Part shown: positions 38,211-47,169 of the stretch, piece by piece | Numbering within the stretch: the stretch's first letter is position 1 | How the letters are laid out: every line of letters begins with the position of its first letter | From: Bacilli bacterium | Lineage (GTDB): Bacteria; Bacillota_I; Bacilli_A; ML615J-28; CAG-698 | Reading direction: 5' to 3' | Assembly: GCA_045577945.1 (NCBI GenBank) | Contig: JAZNJG010000142.1 | Span: 1,516 to 65,515, forward strand | Length of the DNA: 64,000 nt | Made by a program: the position numbers and the translations under genes | Notes under the pieces: model-generated | Told to the model about the DNA's origin: nothing | Database searches by the model: none | The model's input: the letters and a program-made list of their open reading frames with translations, nothing else

Positions 38211-38297
38211 GGAGGCGTGCTGTAAGTGGTAGCCAGATCAGACTTAAAATCTGAGGGAGATTTCTCCGTGTGGGTTCAAGTCCCTCCGCCTCTACCA
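38211..38297 (+). tRNA. tRNA-Leu(TAA), long variable arm
   Basis: cloverleaf; anticodon loop 'cuUAAaa'; 3' CCA encoded. Confidence 0.75.
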
Positions 38298-38323
38298 TTT
38301 TAATAAATAATTACATAACAAAC

Positions 38324-38399
38324 GCCGACATAGCTCAACTGGTAGAGCAACTCACTTGTAATGAGAAGGTTGGGAGTTCAAGTCTCTCTGTCGGCACCA
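38324..38399 (+). tRNA. tRNA-Thr(TGT)
   Basis: acceptor gccgaca/tgtcggc; anticodon loop 'cuUGUaa'. Confidence 0.65.
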
Positions 38400-38412
38400 T
38401 TATTTTTTTTTT

Positions 38413-38487
38413 GGTCCCATCGTCTAATGGTTAGGACATCACCCTTTCACGGTGGTAATATGGGTTCGAATCCCGTTGGGATCACCA
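38413..38487 (+). tRNA. tRNA-Glu(TTC)
   Basis: 'cccuuucacgg' anticodon arm as in bacterial tRNA-Glu; T-loop 'ggttcgaatcc'. Confidence 0.75.
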
Positions 38488-38495
38488 ATTTTTAT

Positions 38496-38570
38496 TCCGA
38501 CTTAGCTCAGCGGTAGAGCAATCGGCTGTTAACCGATCGGTCATCTGTTCGAATCAGATAGTCGGAGCCA
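38496..38570 (+). tRNA. tRNA-Asn(GTT)
   Basis: anticodon arm 'atcgg cuGUUaa ccgat'; acceptor tccgact/agtcgga. Confidence 0.75.
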
Positions 38571-38579
38571 ATTTTTATA

Positions 38580-38650
38580 GGGATGTAGCTCAGCTGGTAA
38601 GAGTAGTAGTCTGATAAACTATAGGTTGTTGGTTTAAGTTTAGTACGAGG
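38580..38650 (+). pseudogene. tRNA-Ile(GAT)-like 5' portion without a matching 3' acceptor strand
   Basis: good acceptor-5', D arm and anticodon arm 'gtagt cuGAUaa actat', but no T arm or acceptor complement follows. Confidence 0.35.
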
Positions 38651-38674
38651 AGAGCTATTTCTTATATATTATAT

Positions 38675-38760
38675 GGGTGGGTTGCATAGAGGCTTATTGC
38701 AGCGGACTGTAAATTCGCCGTCTTCGGACATCGGTGGTTCAAATCCATCCCCACCCACCA
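38675..38760 (+). tRNA. tRNA-Tyr(GTA), long variable arm
   Basis: acceptor gggtggg/cccaccc; anticodon loop 'cuGUAaa'; T-loop 'ggttcaaatcc'. Confidence 0.75.
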
Positions 38761-39147
38761 TTTTTCCGAATAAAAACGGAGATTTATACTATATAATATT
38801 TACAGTACACTGTTATATTATTAAAGTATAAACGTAGGGAGTTCTTCAATCGGTAGCTCCAAAGACAACGAAAATGTTTAATTAAGAACCGATTTTTATT
38901 TTATGAGAGGTAGAAGAAATAGATGTTTTTCTTCTATAAATTATTAAATATAGTAAGAATCTTCTAAAGTTTTAATTTTAATTTAGGTAAGATTAAAATT
39001 AATTTGATAGAGACTTAATTCTTATGGAACGCTCTATTACATAAAAGGTTATAAGATAGTTTACCTGAACTTTTAACATATATGTAGGAGTTTAATAATT
39101 TATATAACCTACTAACTATTCTTGTAGGAAACCTTTCACCATTTATA

Positions 39148-39552
39148 ATGAAAGGTAAAAAAAATATGGAATTAAAAAAGAGATATGGTATATTTCTCAT
39201 TAAAGAGAAAGTATTATATGGATATGTTGAAAATTCTTTTTCAATGAGCTGGGAACCAAATTGTGTAAGAGCTTGGAAATTAGAAGACTTACAATGGATT
39301 TGGAATAATGGCGTTAGACCTTATGGTTTAGATACTAAATATACAAAAGGAATTAAAGCCAAATATCCAAAAGCTTTTATCGTTCGTATTACTGATAATT
39401 TTCCCAAACAATTTCAAAATAAATTAAGAAAGAAAATAAAAATTCATTGGAAAGAAAGACAAGATATATTAAATAGAACAGAAGAAGAACAAAAGAAAAA
39501 ATATATTAGCAAAAAATATCACGCTAGAAATGTTCGGTTTAGTGAGGTGTGA
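39148..39552 (+). CDS. hypothetical basic protein (134 aa)
   Basis: ORF inside the tRNA region. Confidence 0.4.
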   Translation: MKGKKNMELKKRYGIFLIKEKVLYGYVENSFSMSWEPNCVRAWKLEDLQWIWNNGVRPYGLDTKYTKGIKAKYPKAFIVRITDNFPKQFQNKLRKKIKIHWKERQDILNRTEEEQKKKYISKKYHARNVRFSEV

Positions 39553-39992
39553 GTTTTACAGATAATATATTGGGATTATTTAGCTAATTTTCTTCAATAT
39601 ATTATTTGAGAATAACAAAGTAAGAAGTGATAAGCTTATGGAGTTATTTTATACGATGGGAAAGACCATTGACATATTGGAATCAGACAATAAGGTTACA
39701 CCAAGTATTATACAGACCTTATAAAGTGTGTTTGCACTGATCTCGTGCGGTGTTAAAATAAACAGGAGTTGGCTCTTTTAGATATGAGTAACACAGTGAT
39801 ATCTAATATAGTGAAAAATAAAATTAGACATTCTTATCAAATTGGAAATTATATTTATTTTTCACTGAATTTTTTTTATACCACGATCGTTCATTGGTTA
39901 GAGTGTGGTCTTATATACCTAGTATCGTAGTTTGAGTCTCACCATTCCAGCCATTTTATAATTATTAAAATAATTTCTAATTTATAAAACAA

Positions 39993-40066
39993 TAGAGTGT
40001 CGTCTAATGGTAGGACATCGCACTTTGACTGCGACAATAGTGGTTCGAATCCATTCACTCTAACCA
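39993..40066 (+). tRNA. tRNA-Gln(TTG)
   Basis: acceptor tagagtg/cactcta; anticodon arm 'tcgca cuUUGac tgcga'. Confidence 0.7.
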
Positions 40067-40100
40067 ATTCTAATTTACTCTTATCTTCATAAAATTTCTC

Positions 40101-40129
40101 TTGATTATATTAAAAATATATTATATAAT
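40101..40129 (+). promoter_or_regulatory. early sigma70-like promoter
   Basis: TTGATT-17-TATAAT, shared motif 'ttgattatattaaaaat.tattatata'. Confidence 0.6.
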
Positions 40130-40154
40130 ATTAATATACTTAAAGGAAAATAAA

Positions 40155-40523
40155 ATGAAAAGTTTTAAAGATTTTTTAACAGAAGCAAAAGAAAATATTA
40201 GTCATAAACTCGTTGATATGAAAATTATTAATGAGATGGCTACTCTTGCTGCTAAAAGCGATGGAGTTGGATTTATAGCTCGTATATATTCTAATGATCA
40301 CGAGCCCGCTCATATGCATATTTTAGATTATAATAATAAAAAATTAGCTAAAGTTTTATTATCGGGAAATACTCCATCGAAAATTAATGATTTTCAATTC
40401 TTAGATGGTGAATTGGATAGAGATATGTTAAAGAAATTATTAAAATGGGCTAAAGGAAATAATGAAGAAGGTTTTAATAATTGGATATATAGCTTCTCGG
40501 TATGGAAGTCAGAACATAAATAA
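40155..40523 (+). CDS. internal-protein-like small protein with a CTS-like N-terminus 'MKSFKDFLTEAKE'
   Basis: N-terminus resembles the T4 IPI/II/III capsid-targeting sequence 'MKTYQEFIAEA'; true start is the internal Met after RBS 'aaaggaaaataaaatg', not the track start at 40101. Confidence 0.5.
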   Translation: MKSFKDFLTEAKENISHKLVDMKIINEMATLAAKSDGVGFIARIYSNDHEPAHMHILDYNNKKLAKVLLSGNTPSKINDFQFLDGELDRDMLKKLLKWAKGNNEEGFNNWIYSFSVWKSEHK

Positions 40524-40535
40524 AAGGAAAATAAA

Positions 40536-40715
40536 ATGAAAAAGAAGAAACGAAAACGATTTATAAATGGTGATGAAAGAAATTTAAGATTTAATCTCTT
40601 TCATAATGGATTATTTAAACAAAAGATTATACCAAATAAAAAGAAGAAAGTTAAAAAGTTTGACTATAAAAAAGAAATCAGTTCTTATCTAAACATTTAT
40701 TCATTGAGTTTTTAG
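40536..40715 (+). CDS. small highly basic protein (59 aa)
   Basis: 'MKKKKRKRFINGDERNLRF...'; RBS 'aaaaggaaaataaaatg'. Confidence 0.3.
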   Translation: MKKKKRKRFINGDERNLRFNLFHNGLFKQKIIPNKKKKVKKFDYKKEISSYLNIYSLSF

Positions 40716-40776
40716 ACAAGAACTGATTTTTATAATAAATAATTTATATAAATGCATTTATAAAGGAAAACCAAAT

Positions 40777-41136
40777 ATGAAAACATTTAGGGAATTTTTA
40801 TTAGAAGCTAAAATAAATGAAGATACTATGACTCCAGACGAAATTAAAAACTTCATCGATGATCATAAAATTCGAAAAGATATAGGAACTGGAGTATTTA
40901 AATATACTAAAGTAGAGGAATCTGTGTCATTAGATGAAGAAAAAATATCAGACATTAGAACCTTAAAGAAAGGTCAAAAATTTAAATTCAAAAATTCTAA
41001 AGACAATAATACTTATATTATTACTCGTAAATTCAATTCTAATTCATTATCATATGATAATGTAAATACTAAAGAACATTATATATGGGATTGGAGTCAA
41101 GTCCATGAACGTGATGTTATAGTTGAATCAAAATAA
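40777..41136 (+). CDS. internal-protein-like small protein with CTS-like N-terminus 'MKTFREFLLEAKINE'
   Basis: same N-terminal family as 40155, 60427 and 63247. Confidence 0.5.
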   Translation: MKTFREFLLEAKINEDTMTPDEIKNFIDDHKIRKDIGTGVFKYTKVEESVSLDEEKISDIRTLKKGQKFKFKNSKDNNTYIITRKFNSNSLSYDNVNTKEHYIWDWSQVHERDVIVESK

Positions 41137-41463
41137 TTAACAGAAGCTAGCTTAAATCTTGATGATAGTTTTGAATTTGAAAGAACCAAATTTAATATTA
41201 AATAGTGGGATAATGGTGAAATTCAAATTACAAGTTCACATCCATATGATTTAGCTGAATATCATTGAGCTAAAAGTAGAAACGATGGCAAAACATTTGA
41301 TATTATATTAGATAATAAAAGAGTTAAAACTGTTGTTACTAGATCATGGGAAAGAATTGATGATGAAGATTTGGGTGATTATGCAACATTTTCATGGTCT
41401 GAAATCACAAAAGTTCTAAAAGATATGGATAAAAGAGTAAAACCTCATATTGACAGAACTTAA
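41137..41463 (+). pseudogene. stop-interrupted continuation of the 40777 reading frame
   Basis: same frame stays coding-like ('...ITKVLKDMDKRVKPHIDRT') but holds in-frame TAA, TAG and TGA. Confidence 0.3.
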
Positions 41464-41523
41464 TTGTTTAAAATGTTTTCAAAATAAACTCTTATAAATA
41501 ATAATATAAGAGTTTATTTTTTA

Positions 41524-41601
41524 CTCGTAGTTGCATAGTCTGGCTAATGCGCTTGGTTTGGGTCCAAGAGATCGGGAGTTCGAATCTCTCCTACGAGACC
41601 A
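41524..41601 (+). tRNA. tRNA-Pro(TGG)
   Basis: acceptor ctcgtag/ctacgag; anticodon arm 'cttgg uuUGGgu ccaag'. Confidence 0.7.
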
Positions 41602-41607
41602 TTTTAT

Positions 41608-41683
<76 letters not shown>

Positions 41684-41690
41684 TTTTAAA

Positions 41691-41765
41691 GGGAATGTAG
41701 CTCAGAGGAAGAGCGCTACACTGTCACTGTAGAGGTCGAGATATCGTAATTCTTCATTCCCGCCA
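41691..41765 (+). tRNA. tRNA-Asp(GTC)
   Basis: acceptor gggaatg/cattccc; anticodon arm 'ctaca cuGUCac tgtag'; atypical T-loop. Confidence 0.6.
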
Positions 41766-41774
41766 TATATTATT

Positions 41775-41848
41775 AGAGATTTAGTTTAGTGGTAAAACAT
41801 CGGTCTCCAAAACCGAAGTCAGCTGTTCAAATCAGTTAATCTCTGCCA
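41775..41848 (+). tRNA. tRNA-Trp(CCA)
   Basis: acceptor agagatt/aatctct; anticodon arm 'tcggt cuCCAaa accga'. Confidence 0.7.
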
Positions 41849-41855
41849 TTTATAT

Positions 41856-41929
41856 GGAGAGTTGACAGATCGGTTATGTGGAAGACTGCAAATCTTTTTA
41901 GAGGTGTTCGACTCACCTACTCTCCTCCA
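41856..41929 (+). tRNA. tRNA-Cys(GCA)
   Basis: acceptor ggagagt/actctcc; anticodon loop 'cuGCAaa'. Confidence 0.6.
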
Positions 41930-42060
41930 TAAAATATTATTATGTCAGGTGAGATAGAGATGTGTGATAAGGATATCTATATAATAAGTTCAATTATTAT
42001 TGGATTGAGCTGTATTTTATATAGTTTAATTTAAGGAAAGGTGGTAGAGTTATTCTGAAA

Positions 42061-42096
42061 ATATAATCATATAATTTATATGATTATATTTTCATA
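42061..42096. terminator. perfect 16-bp palindromic hairpin (bidirectional terminator)
   Basis: 'aaaatataatcatataa ttt atatgattatatttt'. Confidence 0.5.
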
Positions 42097-42767
42097 TAAT
42101 GTTTGAATTGTTTTATCATTAACATTATATGTTTTATAAATATATTCAAATTCTTCTTGTAAGTCTTCTTTATATAGAATCTTATATTTCATATTAGTAA
42201 TAGAATTTGCTTTAATATCAACTAAATCAGTATAGTAACCTTTAATTTCTATAATAGTATCATTATTAATTATAAAATCTGGATAGTATTTATGGTATTT
42301 TCCATTATAAAAATATTCATAAGATTTATTGCATCTTTTAATGTTAATATTGTGATCTAAGCAGTAAATTAAATAAACAAGTTCATAAGTAGAATCACAA
42401 TAAAAACTCTTATACCAACCGTGTTTAGATCTACCCGATCCTTTATGATAGCCACCTAATTTTCTTTCTTTAGCATATTTTGATAATTTTCTTTTAGTTT
42501 CTTCTGTATGAGGGTGACTTGAAGTTTTATGTAATCCTAGTTTTTGATTTCTTTTAAACGTTTCATGTGCTTTTTTTATCCGCTCATCTGTTTCTTTACT
42601 AAGCCTTTTATTCCAACCAACACTACCTTTTTTCTATGTGCTAGCGGACTTTTTATTTTTTGTACTCTATTTGGATTATATTTACAATGTTTTTGATGAA
42701 CGCTTAAACTACCAGGCTTTTTACATTCTCTACCACAATATTGACAAATAAATTTTTCTTTTGACAT
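42079..42767 (-). pseudogene. frameshifted homing-endonuclease-like gene (Zn-finger N-terminus + NUMOD3-like motif)
   Basis: 'MSKEKFICQYCGRECKKPGSLSVHQKHCKYNPN' continues in another frame after an A/T homopolymer near 42565-42575 as '...HTEETKRKLSKYAKERKLGGYHKGSGRSKHGWYKSFYCDSTYELVYLIYCLDHNINIK...'. Confidence 0.5.
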
Positions 42768-42960
42768 TAAAAATCTCCTTGAAAAAGGAGACAGAAACAA
42801 ATATAAATAATTATAGCAATTTTGATAATGTTTCTATCTCAATTGTTAGAAGATTTGTAAAACGGCTAATTTTACAAATCTTTGTTTTATATAATTATTT
42901 ATAAAAGTTTAGTTTTTAATGTGAAAATATAAATACTTTATATAATATTGTAGAAGTATG

Positions 42961-43011
42961 GTGAAATGATAACTGGCTTCCGTGAGTTCGAATCTCACCC
43001 TTTCCGCCATA
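42961..43011 (+). pseudogene. tRNA 3' fragment (T arm + acceptor 3' strand + CCA) with no 5' half
   Basis: 'gtgagttcgaatctcac cctttccg cca'. Confidence 0.35.
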
Positions 43012-43823
43012 AAATATTTAAAAAAAGCTTGAAAATTATTTTTATTTACATATAATAAAGGTGTAAATAATATTTAATTATATTGTTTACTTCCCCGAAT
43101 ATTAGATACTAGTTTCTAATGCTTTAAAACAACTAGTGTAGGTGCATGACTGAAAATGATTGTTGACTTTGTTAATTTGAATAGGAAATTAATAGTTTGG
43201 CTATCTAGATCAGCTCTAGGGTTTAATGGATTATCCTAGCAACCATTAAGGTATGCGCTTTGCCGATTTGAAAAAGTGCTCTTTTGATTAATTTATAGGT
43301 TAAAATTAATTAAGTTGAAATAGCTTGTAATTATTTCCGTTGGTGAAAGCGCTCATAAGAAAATACGTAAAGTTTTCTTTTTATTTATAAGAACTCTCTT
43401 TCTTATAAATAATATTAGAAGTAGCAATATTTCTAATAGTTCATTTTATTAATAGTGTTAAAGTAGAGCGATTCTCTCACCTATCTATCAAGGTAATGAC
43501 GGCATCCTTTATAGAAAGCCTAATCAGCATTTCTTGGAATTTAGAAGCTAAAATAAATTCGACAATATAAAGGAGAGAATAAGTATTCTCTTAAACTATA
43601 CGATAGATAATAGAATGAACAAACCCTCAAATAAGGTCGTGAATTAATGGTCGGAGAGATAGTGACCAGGATAAAATAAATAAATCTCAAATTCAATGTT
43701 ATTCTAGAAACTAACATTGACGTGCTGAAAGAGGTGAAAATCGTCTATAGAAATATAGACGATTTTTTTGTTGATTATCTAAAAATATATTATACAATAT
43801 AGTTATTAGAAATATAGGAGATT

Positions 43824-44057
43824 ATGAACATGGATGAACAAAATCAACAAATACAATCAGGTGATATTAGATTTGATCTTTACAGTCAAATACATTTTTA
43901 TATTACAAATAGTAGCGATAATTCATATAGTATAATTAACAGTAAAATGTATACATCAAGTGTTAATAAAAATGAATGCTATGAGACGAGATTAATTAAA
44001 CATTTTGATGATAATAAAGAAGGTTTAATTAAATTTGTAGAAAGCTTTTGTGAATAA
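43824..44057 (+). CDS. hypothetical protein (77 aa)
   Basis: ORF with RBS 'taggag'. Confidence 0.4.
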   Translation: MNMDEQNQQIQSGDIRFDLYSQIHFYITNSSDNSYSIINSKMYTSSVNKNECYETRLIKHFDDNKEGLIKFVESFCE

Positions 44058-44058
44058 A

Positions 44059-44094
44059 AAAGGAGGAAATAATTTCCTCCTTTTTTATTATTTT
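44059..44094. terminator. bidirectional terminator; same hairpin sequence as 34080..34108
   Basis: 'aggaggaaataatttcctcc' followed by 'ttttttattattttttat'. Confidence 0.6.
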
Positions 44095-44745
44095 TTATAC
44101 CCATAATAACATCCAAGCTAACCAAGCACCTTGATAGCCACCATATATCCATTCACCCCAATTCCATCCATTTTTACCAAATGGAATTTTCTTTTCAACT
44201 TTACTACCAATCCAGTAGCAAATACCCATACCTAAACCAGATAGCATAAACCATAAACTATTTAAATATAATCCCCATAAGAACGTCAGAATTAAGCCTG
44301 TTAAGCAAGTTCCACAGAAACCAAATATTCTAGGGAATTCATATAACCAATAAGTCTTTGCTTCAACTTGAACCCAGTGACCAAATAATTTATTGAATAT
44401 TTTAGCTGATTTTTCACTAAATGTTATTCTAATACTATATAATAAATCATCAATTAATTCACATTCTTCATCTTTTAGTGGATTAATTTTACCACCACCA
44501 ACTAATGATCCGATATATAATCCCCATCCATATAATTGGTAAGAGGTATAACAATCAATAAAGCCAACTAACCAGTTTTCTAAACCAAATCCATAAAAAA
44601 AGCAGCCATATAGACCGAAAGCAACAGCATACCAAATTTTATTCATTAGAGCTTTATAACCTTTAAATTCCAAACCACCTCTAACACGCCAAAGAAAAGC
44701 TGATAAGATTATAATTAAAATACTATATAAAATATTAATTATCAT
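44095..44745 (-). CDS. polytopic membrane protein, Trp/Gly-rich (possibly PnuC-like transporter)
   Basis: 6-7 hydrophobic segments; no motif verified. Confidence 0.4.
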   Translation of the reverse strand: MIINILYSILIIILSAFLWRVRGGLEFKGYKALMNKIWYAVAFGLYGCFFYGFGLENWLVGFIDCYTSYQLYGWGLYIGSLVGGGKINPLKDEECELIDDLLYSIRITFSEKSAKIFNKLFGHWVQVEAKTYWLYEFPRIFGFCGTCLTGLILTFLWGLYLNSLWFMLSGLGMGICYWIGSKVEKKIPFGKNGWNWGEWIYGGYQGAWLAWMLLWV

Positions 44746-44851
44746 AGAGATCTCCTCATAATAAACTTATACATAATTATTTATTTTTGTTGATTTTAAT
44801 TGAGAATTTATTATATAATTTATCTATAATAAAAATATTGAAAGGAGTGTT

Positions 44852-45172
44852 ATGATGAAAAATAGTATGTGGAAAACAAACAATGAAATACCTACAACAT
44901 ATGTAAATGTTGTTATGAAATTTGATGAGCCGTTCGGAGATCAACTACCAAAAGACGAACAAGATCCGGAATACGAATGTATTGAAATGAGAGATCCAGG
45001 TGATGGAAATGATTTATGTTGGCAATGGTTTGAGCAGTGTTCAACTTGGTGTTATCTAGATGATTTAATTAGATGTTCAAAAGATATATGTAGTATTGCT
45101 GAGAAGTTTTTAGAAAAGAATATTGAATTTGAAGATTGGGTTGGAATGAATTTTGAGTATTTAGAAAAATAA
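44852..45172 (+). CDS. hypothetical acidic protein (106 aa)
   Basis: ORF with RBS 'aaaggag'. Confidence 0.4.
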   Translation: MMKNSMWKTNNEIPTTYVNVVMKFDEPFGDQLPKDEQDPEYECIEMRDPGDGNDLCWQWFEQCSTWCYLDDLIRCSKDICSIAEKFLEKNIEFEDWVGMNFEYLEK

Positions 45173-45181
45173 TATAAAAAG

Positions 45182-45215
45182 AAAAAGACTAGTTTTATTA
45201 CTAGTCTTTTTCTCT
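45182..45215. terminator. bidirectional terminator
   Basis: 12-bp stem 'aaaaagactagt/actagtcttttt' + T-run. Confidence 0.6.
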
Positions 45216-45254
45216 ATCTCATATGTATGTTAACATATTCGATATAGGGAAATT

Positions 45255-45620
45255 TTATATATTTTCTTCTGGATAAGGATAACGAGCTTTGATTTCTTCA
45301 ACTTTTTGCTTACGTTCTTCAATAAGTAGGTTGATTTCAGCAATAATCTCAGTAGTTTGCTCTTCATCACCAAGTCTTTGAATATGACAAGTGATAGGAT
45401 CAACCTCATTTTTGTAGGCTTCTTGTCTTGCTTGTTGCTGCTCTTCTTTTGTCGGTTCAGGTTTCTCAGGAGCATAGCCTTGAACATACCAACGCTCATC
45501 ATAACCTAACTCAACTTCCATTTCAATCATGCCAATAGATTGATAGAAAGAAGAGTTTGTACCAGTTCCAATGGACACTTCTTTAGTTTCGTCATTTATT
45601 ACTTTTGCATATTTTTTCAT
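45255..45620 (-). CDS. tail fibre assembly chaperone (Tfa-like), copy 1
   Basis: 'DPITCHIQRLGDEEQTTEIIAEINLL...YPYPEENI'; paralog of 46764..47156. Confidence 0.6.
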   Translation of the reverse strand: MKKYAKVINDETKEVSIGTGTNSSFYQSIGMIEMEVELGYDERWYVQGYAPEKPEPTKEEQQQARQEAYKNEVDPITCHIQRLGDEEQTTEIIAEINLLIEERKQKVEEIKARYPYPEENI

Positions 45621-45621
45621 A

Positions 45622-46764
45622 TTAATTTACTCCTTTACAAGGATAAAATGTTAATTGTCCATAGTTATTGTCTCGCAATTCTACAACATCTCCTGCTTCA
45701 ACAGGAACGCAACAACTACCATTCCAATAAGTAGCTGTACTGAAGGATAATTGAATGTCATTTATATAAAAAGATGAACCTGTTCCACCTGTTCCACCTG
45801 ATTGATATAAAATCCAACCTTTTGTAAGGCAAGTATAAGTTCCTTGTACTCTATTTAATACTAAAATTCCTGCTGTATAATCAGGCATATTAAGCGCATC
45901 ATTGTAATCAACTACTCTAAATGGAAGTTTAGTAGAAAACGAAGCTATTTTACCGTTATCGCTACTTGATTTAATATTAAATCTACCTATTACTAATTTA
46001 TCAGCACCTAGATAAGTGTTACCATTATACAAATAGTTATCTGATTTAACTAATAGATTTGAATACCAAACAACTGTATTGTCGTTTTTCAAAGCTAAAT
46101 CAAATGTTCCATAAGTTTCGCTACCCCAAGTATGTGTTACAACTTTACTTGTAACAAACTCAATACTCCTCAAACTACCATCAGCATTTCTACCATCTGG
46201 TATCAAGCCTTTAACACCCGGTAAAGCAAATACAGTTGAGCCAATATAACTAAAGCCGTTGAAGACTTGGTCAATAGAAGTAATAGTACCATCTGAAACA
46301 GTTACGATAGCTAAAGATAAACTCCAAACATCACTTTCAAGTACCCCGTTTCTATAAAATGCTACAGTCATTGTAGATGTATTATAAAACATTCCTGAAC
46401 CAGTTGGTGGTGTTGTACCACTTGTGCAAGCTGATGGTGATTGATTTGCCCAAGCTTTATTATCTCTTATATTACAAAACACAACAAAAGTCCCACTACC
46501 ACTATGAGGTGAAACAACCAAATCATTATCTAAAATTATATGCGAACCGTCACCCTTATACAGCTTACTACCTGCCTTTAGTGTTAGCACACCATCATTA
46601 AGCTCTAGTTTAATATCTTGTGGTATTTCTGTTATGCAGTTGGTGACGTTTTTAGAATACTTAGCAAAATTAACAAAGTTAGAAGGAACATTACCGAAAT
46701 CTCTATCAACTTTATCATTGAGAGCTTCAAGCACTACTCCAGCATCATAATTCACTTCGGTCAT
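45622..46764 (-). CDS. tail fibre/receptor-binding protein A
   Basis: 380 aa, Gly/Thr/Ser/Asn-rich beta-type composition; immediately upstream of a Tfa gene; GC-richer than the window. Confidence 0.55.
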   Translation of the reverse strand: MTEVNYDAGVVLEALNDKVDRDFGNVPSNFVNFAKYSKNVTNCITEIPQDIKLELNDGVLTLKAGSKLYKGDGSHIILDNDLVVSPHSGSGTFVVFCNIRDNKAWANQSPSACTSGTTPPTGSGMFYNTSTMTVAFYRNGVLESDVWSLSLAIVTVSDGTITSIDQVFNGFSYIGSTVFALPGVKGLIPDGRNADGSLRSIEFVTSKVVTHTWGSETYGTFDLALKNDNTVVWYSNLLVKSDNYLYNGNTYLGADKLVIGRFNIKSSSDNGKIASFSTKLPFRVVDYNDALNMPDYTAGILVLNRVQGTYTCLTKGWILYQSGGTGGTGSSFYINDIQLSFSTATYWNGSCCVPVEAGDVVELRDNNYGQLTFYPCKGVN

Positions 46765-47156
46765 TATTCATTCTCCTCTGGATATGGATTTTCTTCTTTT
46801 ATTTTAGCAACTATTTCCGCTCTCTTAACTTTAAGAGCATCAATTTCTGCAATAATATCTTCTGTCTGTTCCTCATCTCGTAAAGATTGTATTTGACAAG
46901 TGATCGGGTCTTTTTGGTCTCGATAAAGAGCTTCACGAGTCTGACGAACTTCTTCATAGGTTAGAAGTGGTTTCTCAACAACAGGAGCTGGTTTAGGCTC
47001 TGGAATTTTATTAATCTGAAAATAACGCTTGCCGTTTTCACGACGTTCAATAATTTCAGTCAATATTGCTTTGTTAGCATTGCACCAAGCTTTAGCTTCG
47101 TTGAATTTCTCGTCAAAAGTTCCGTCAATATATTCAATTATCTGTCCGTATTCCAT
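46764..47156 (-). CDS. tail fibre assembly chaperone (Tfa-like), copy 2
   Basis: 'DPITCQIQSLRDEEQTEDIIAEIDAL...NPYPEENE'. Confidence 0.6.
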   Translation of the reverse strand: MEYGQIIEYIDGTFDEKFNEAKAWCNANKAILTEIIERRENGKRYFQINKIPEPKPAPVVEKPLLTYEEVRQTREALYRDQKDPITCQIQSLRDEEQTEDIIAEIDALKVKRAEIVAKIKEENPYPEENE

Positions 47157-47169
47157 TTAGTATACCCCC

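Noticed and set aside
40101-40154. Track start codon of ORF 40101..40523 (MIILKIYYIIL...)
   Set aside because: This stretch is the early promoter (TTGATT-17-TATAAT). The real start is the Met after RBS 'aaaggaaaataaaatg' at 40155, which gives the conserved MKSFKDFL leader.
42961-43011. Integration (attP) site inferred from the tRNA 3' fragment
   Set aside because: No integrase, excisionase or repressor module is present in the window, and the rest of the content is T4-like (lytic). The fragment is more likely a decay or recombination scar.
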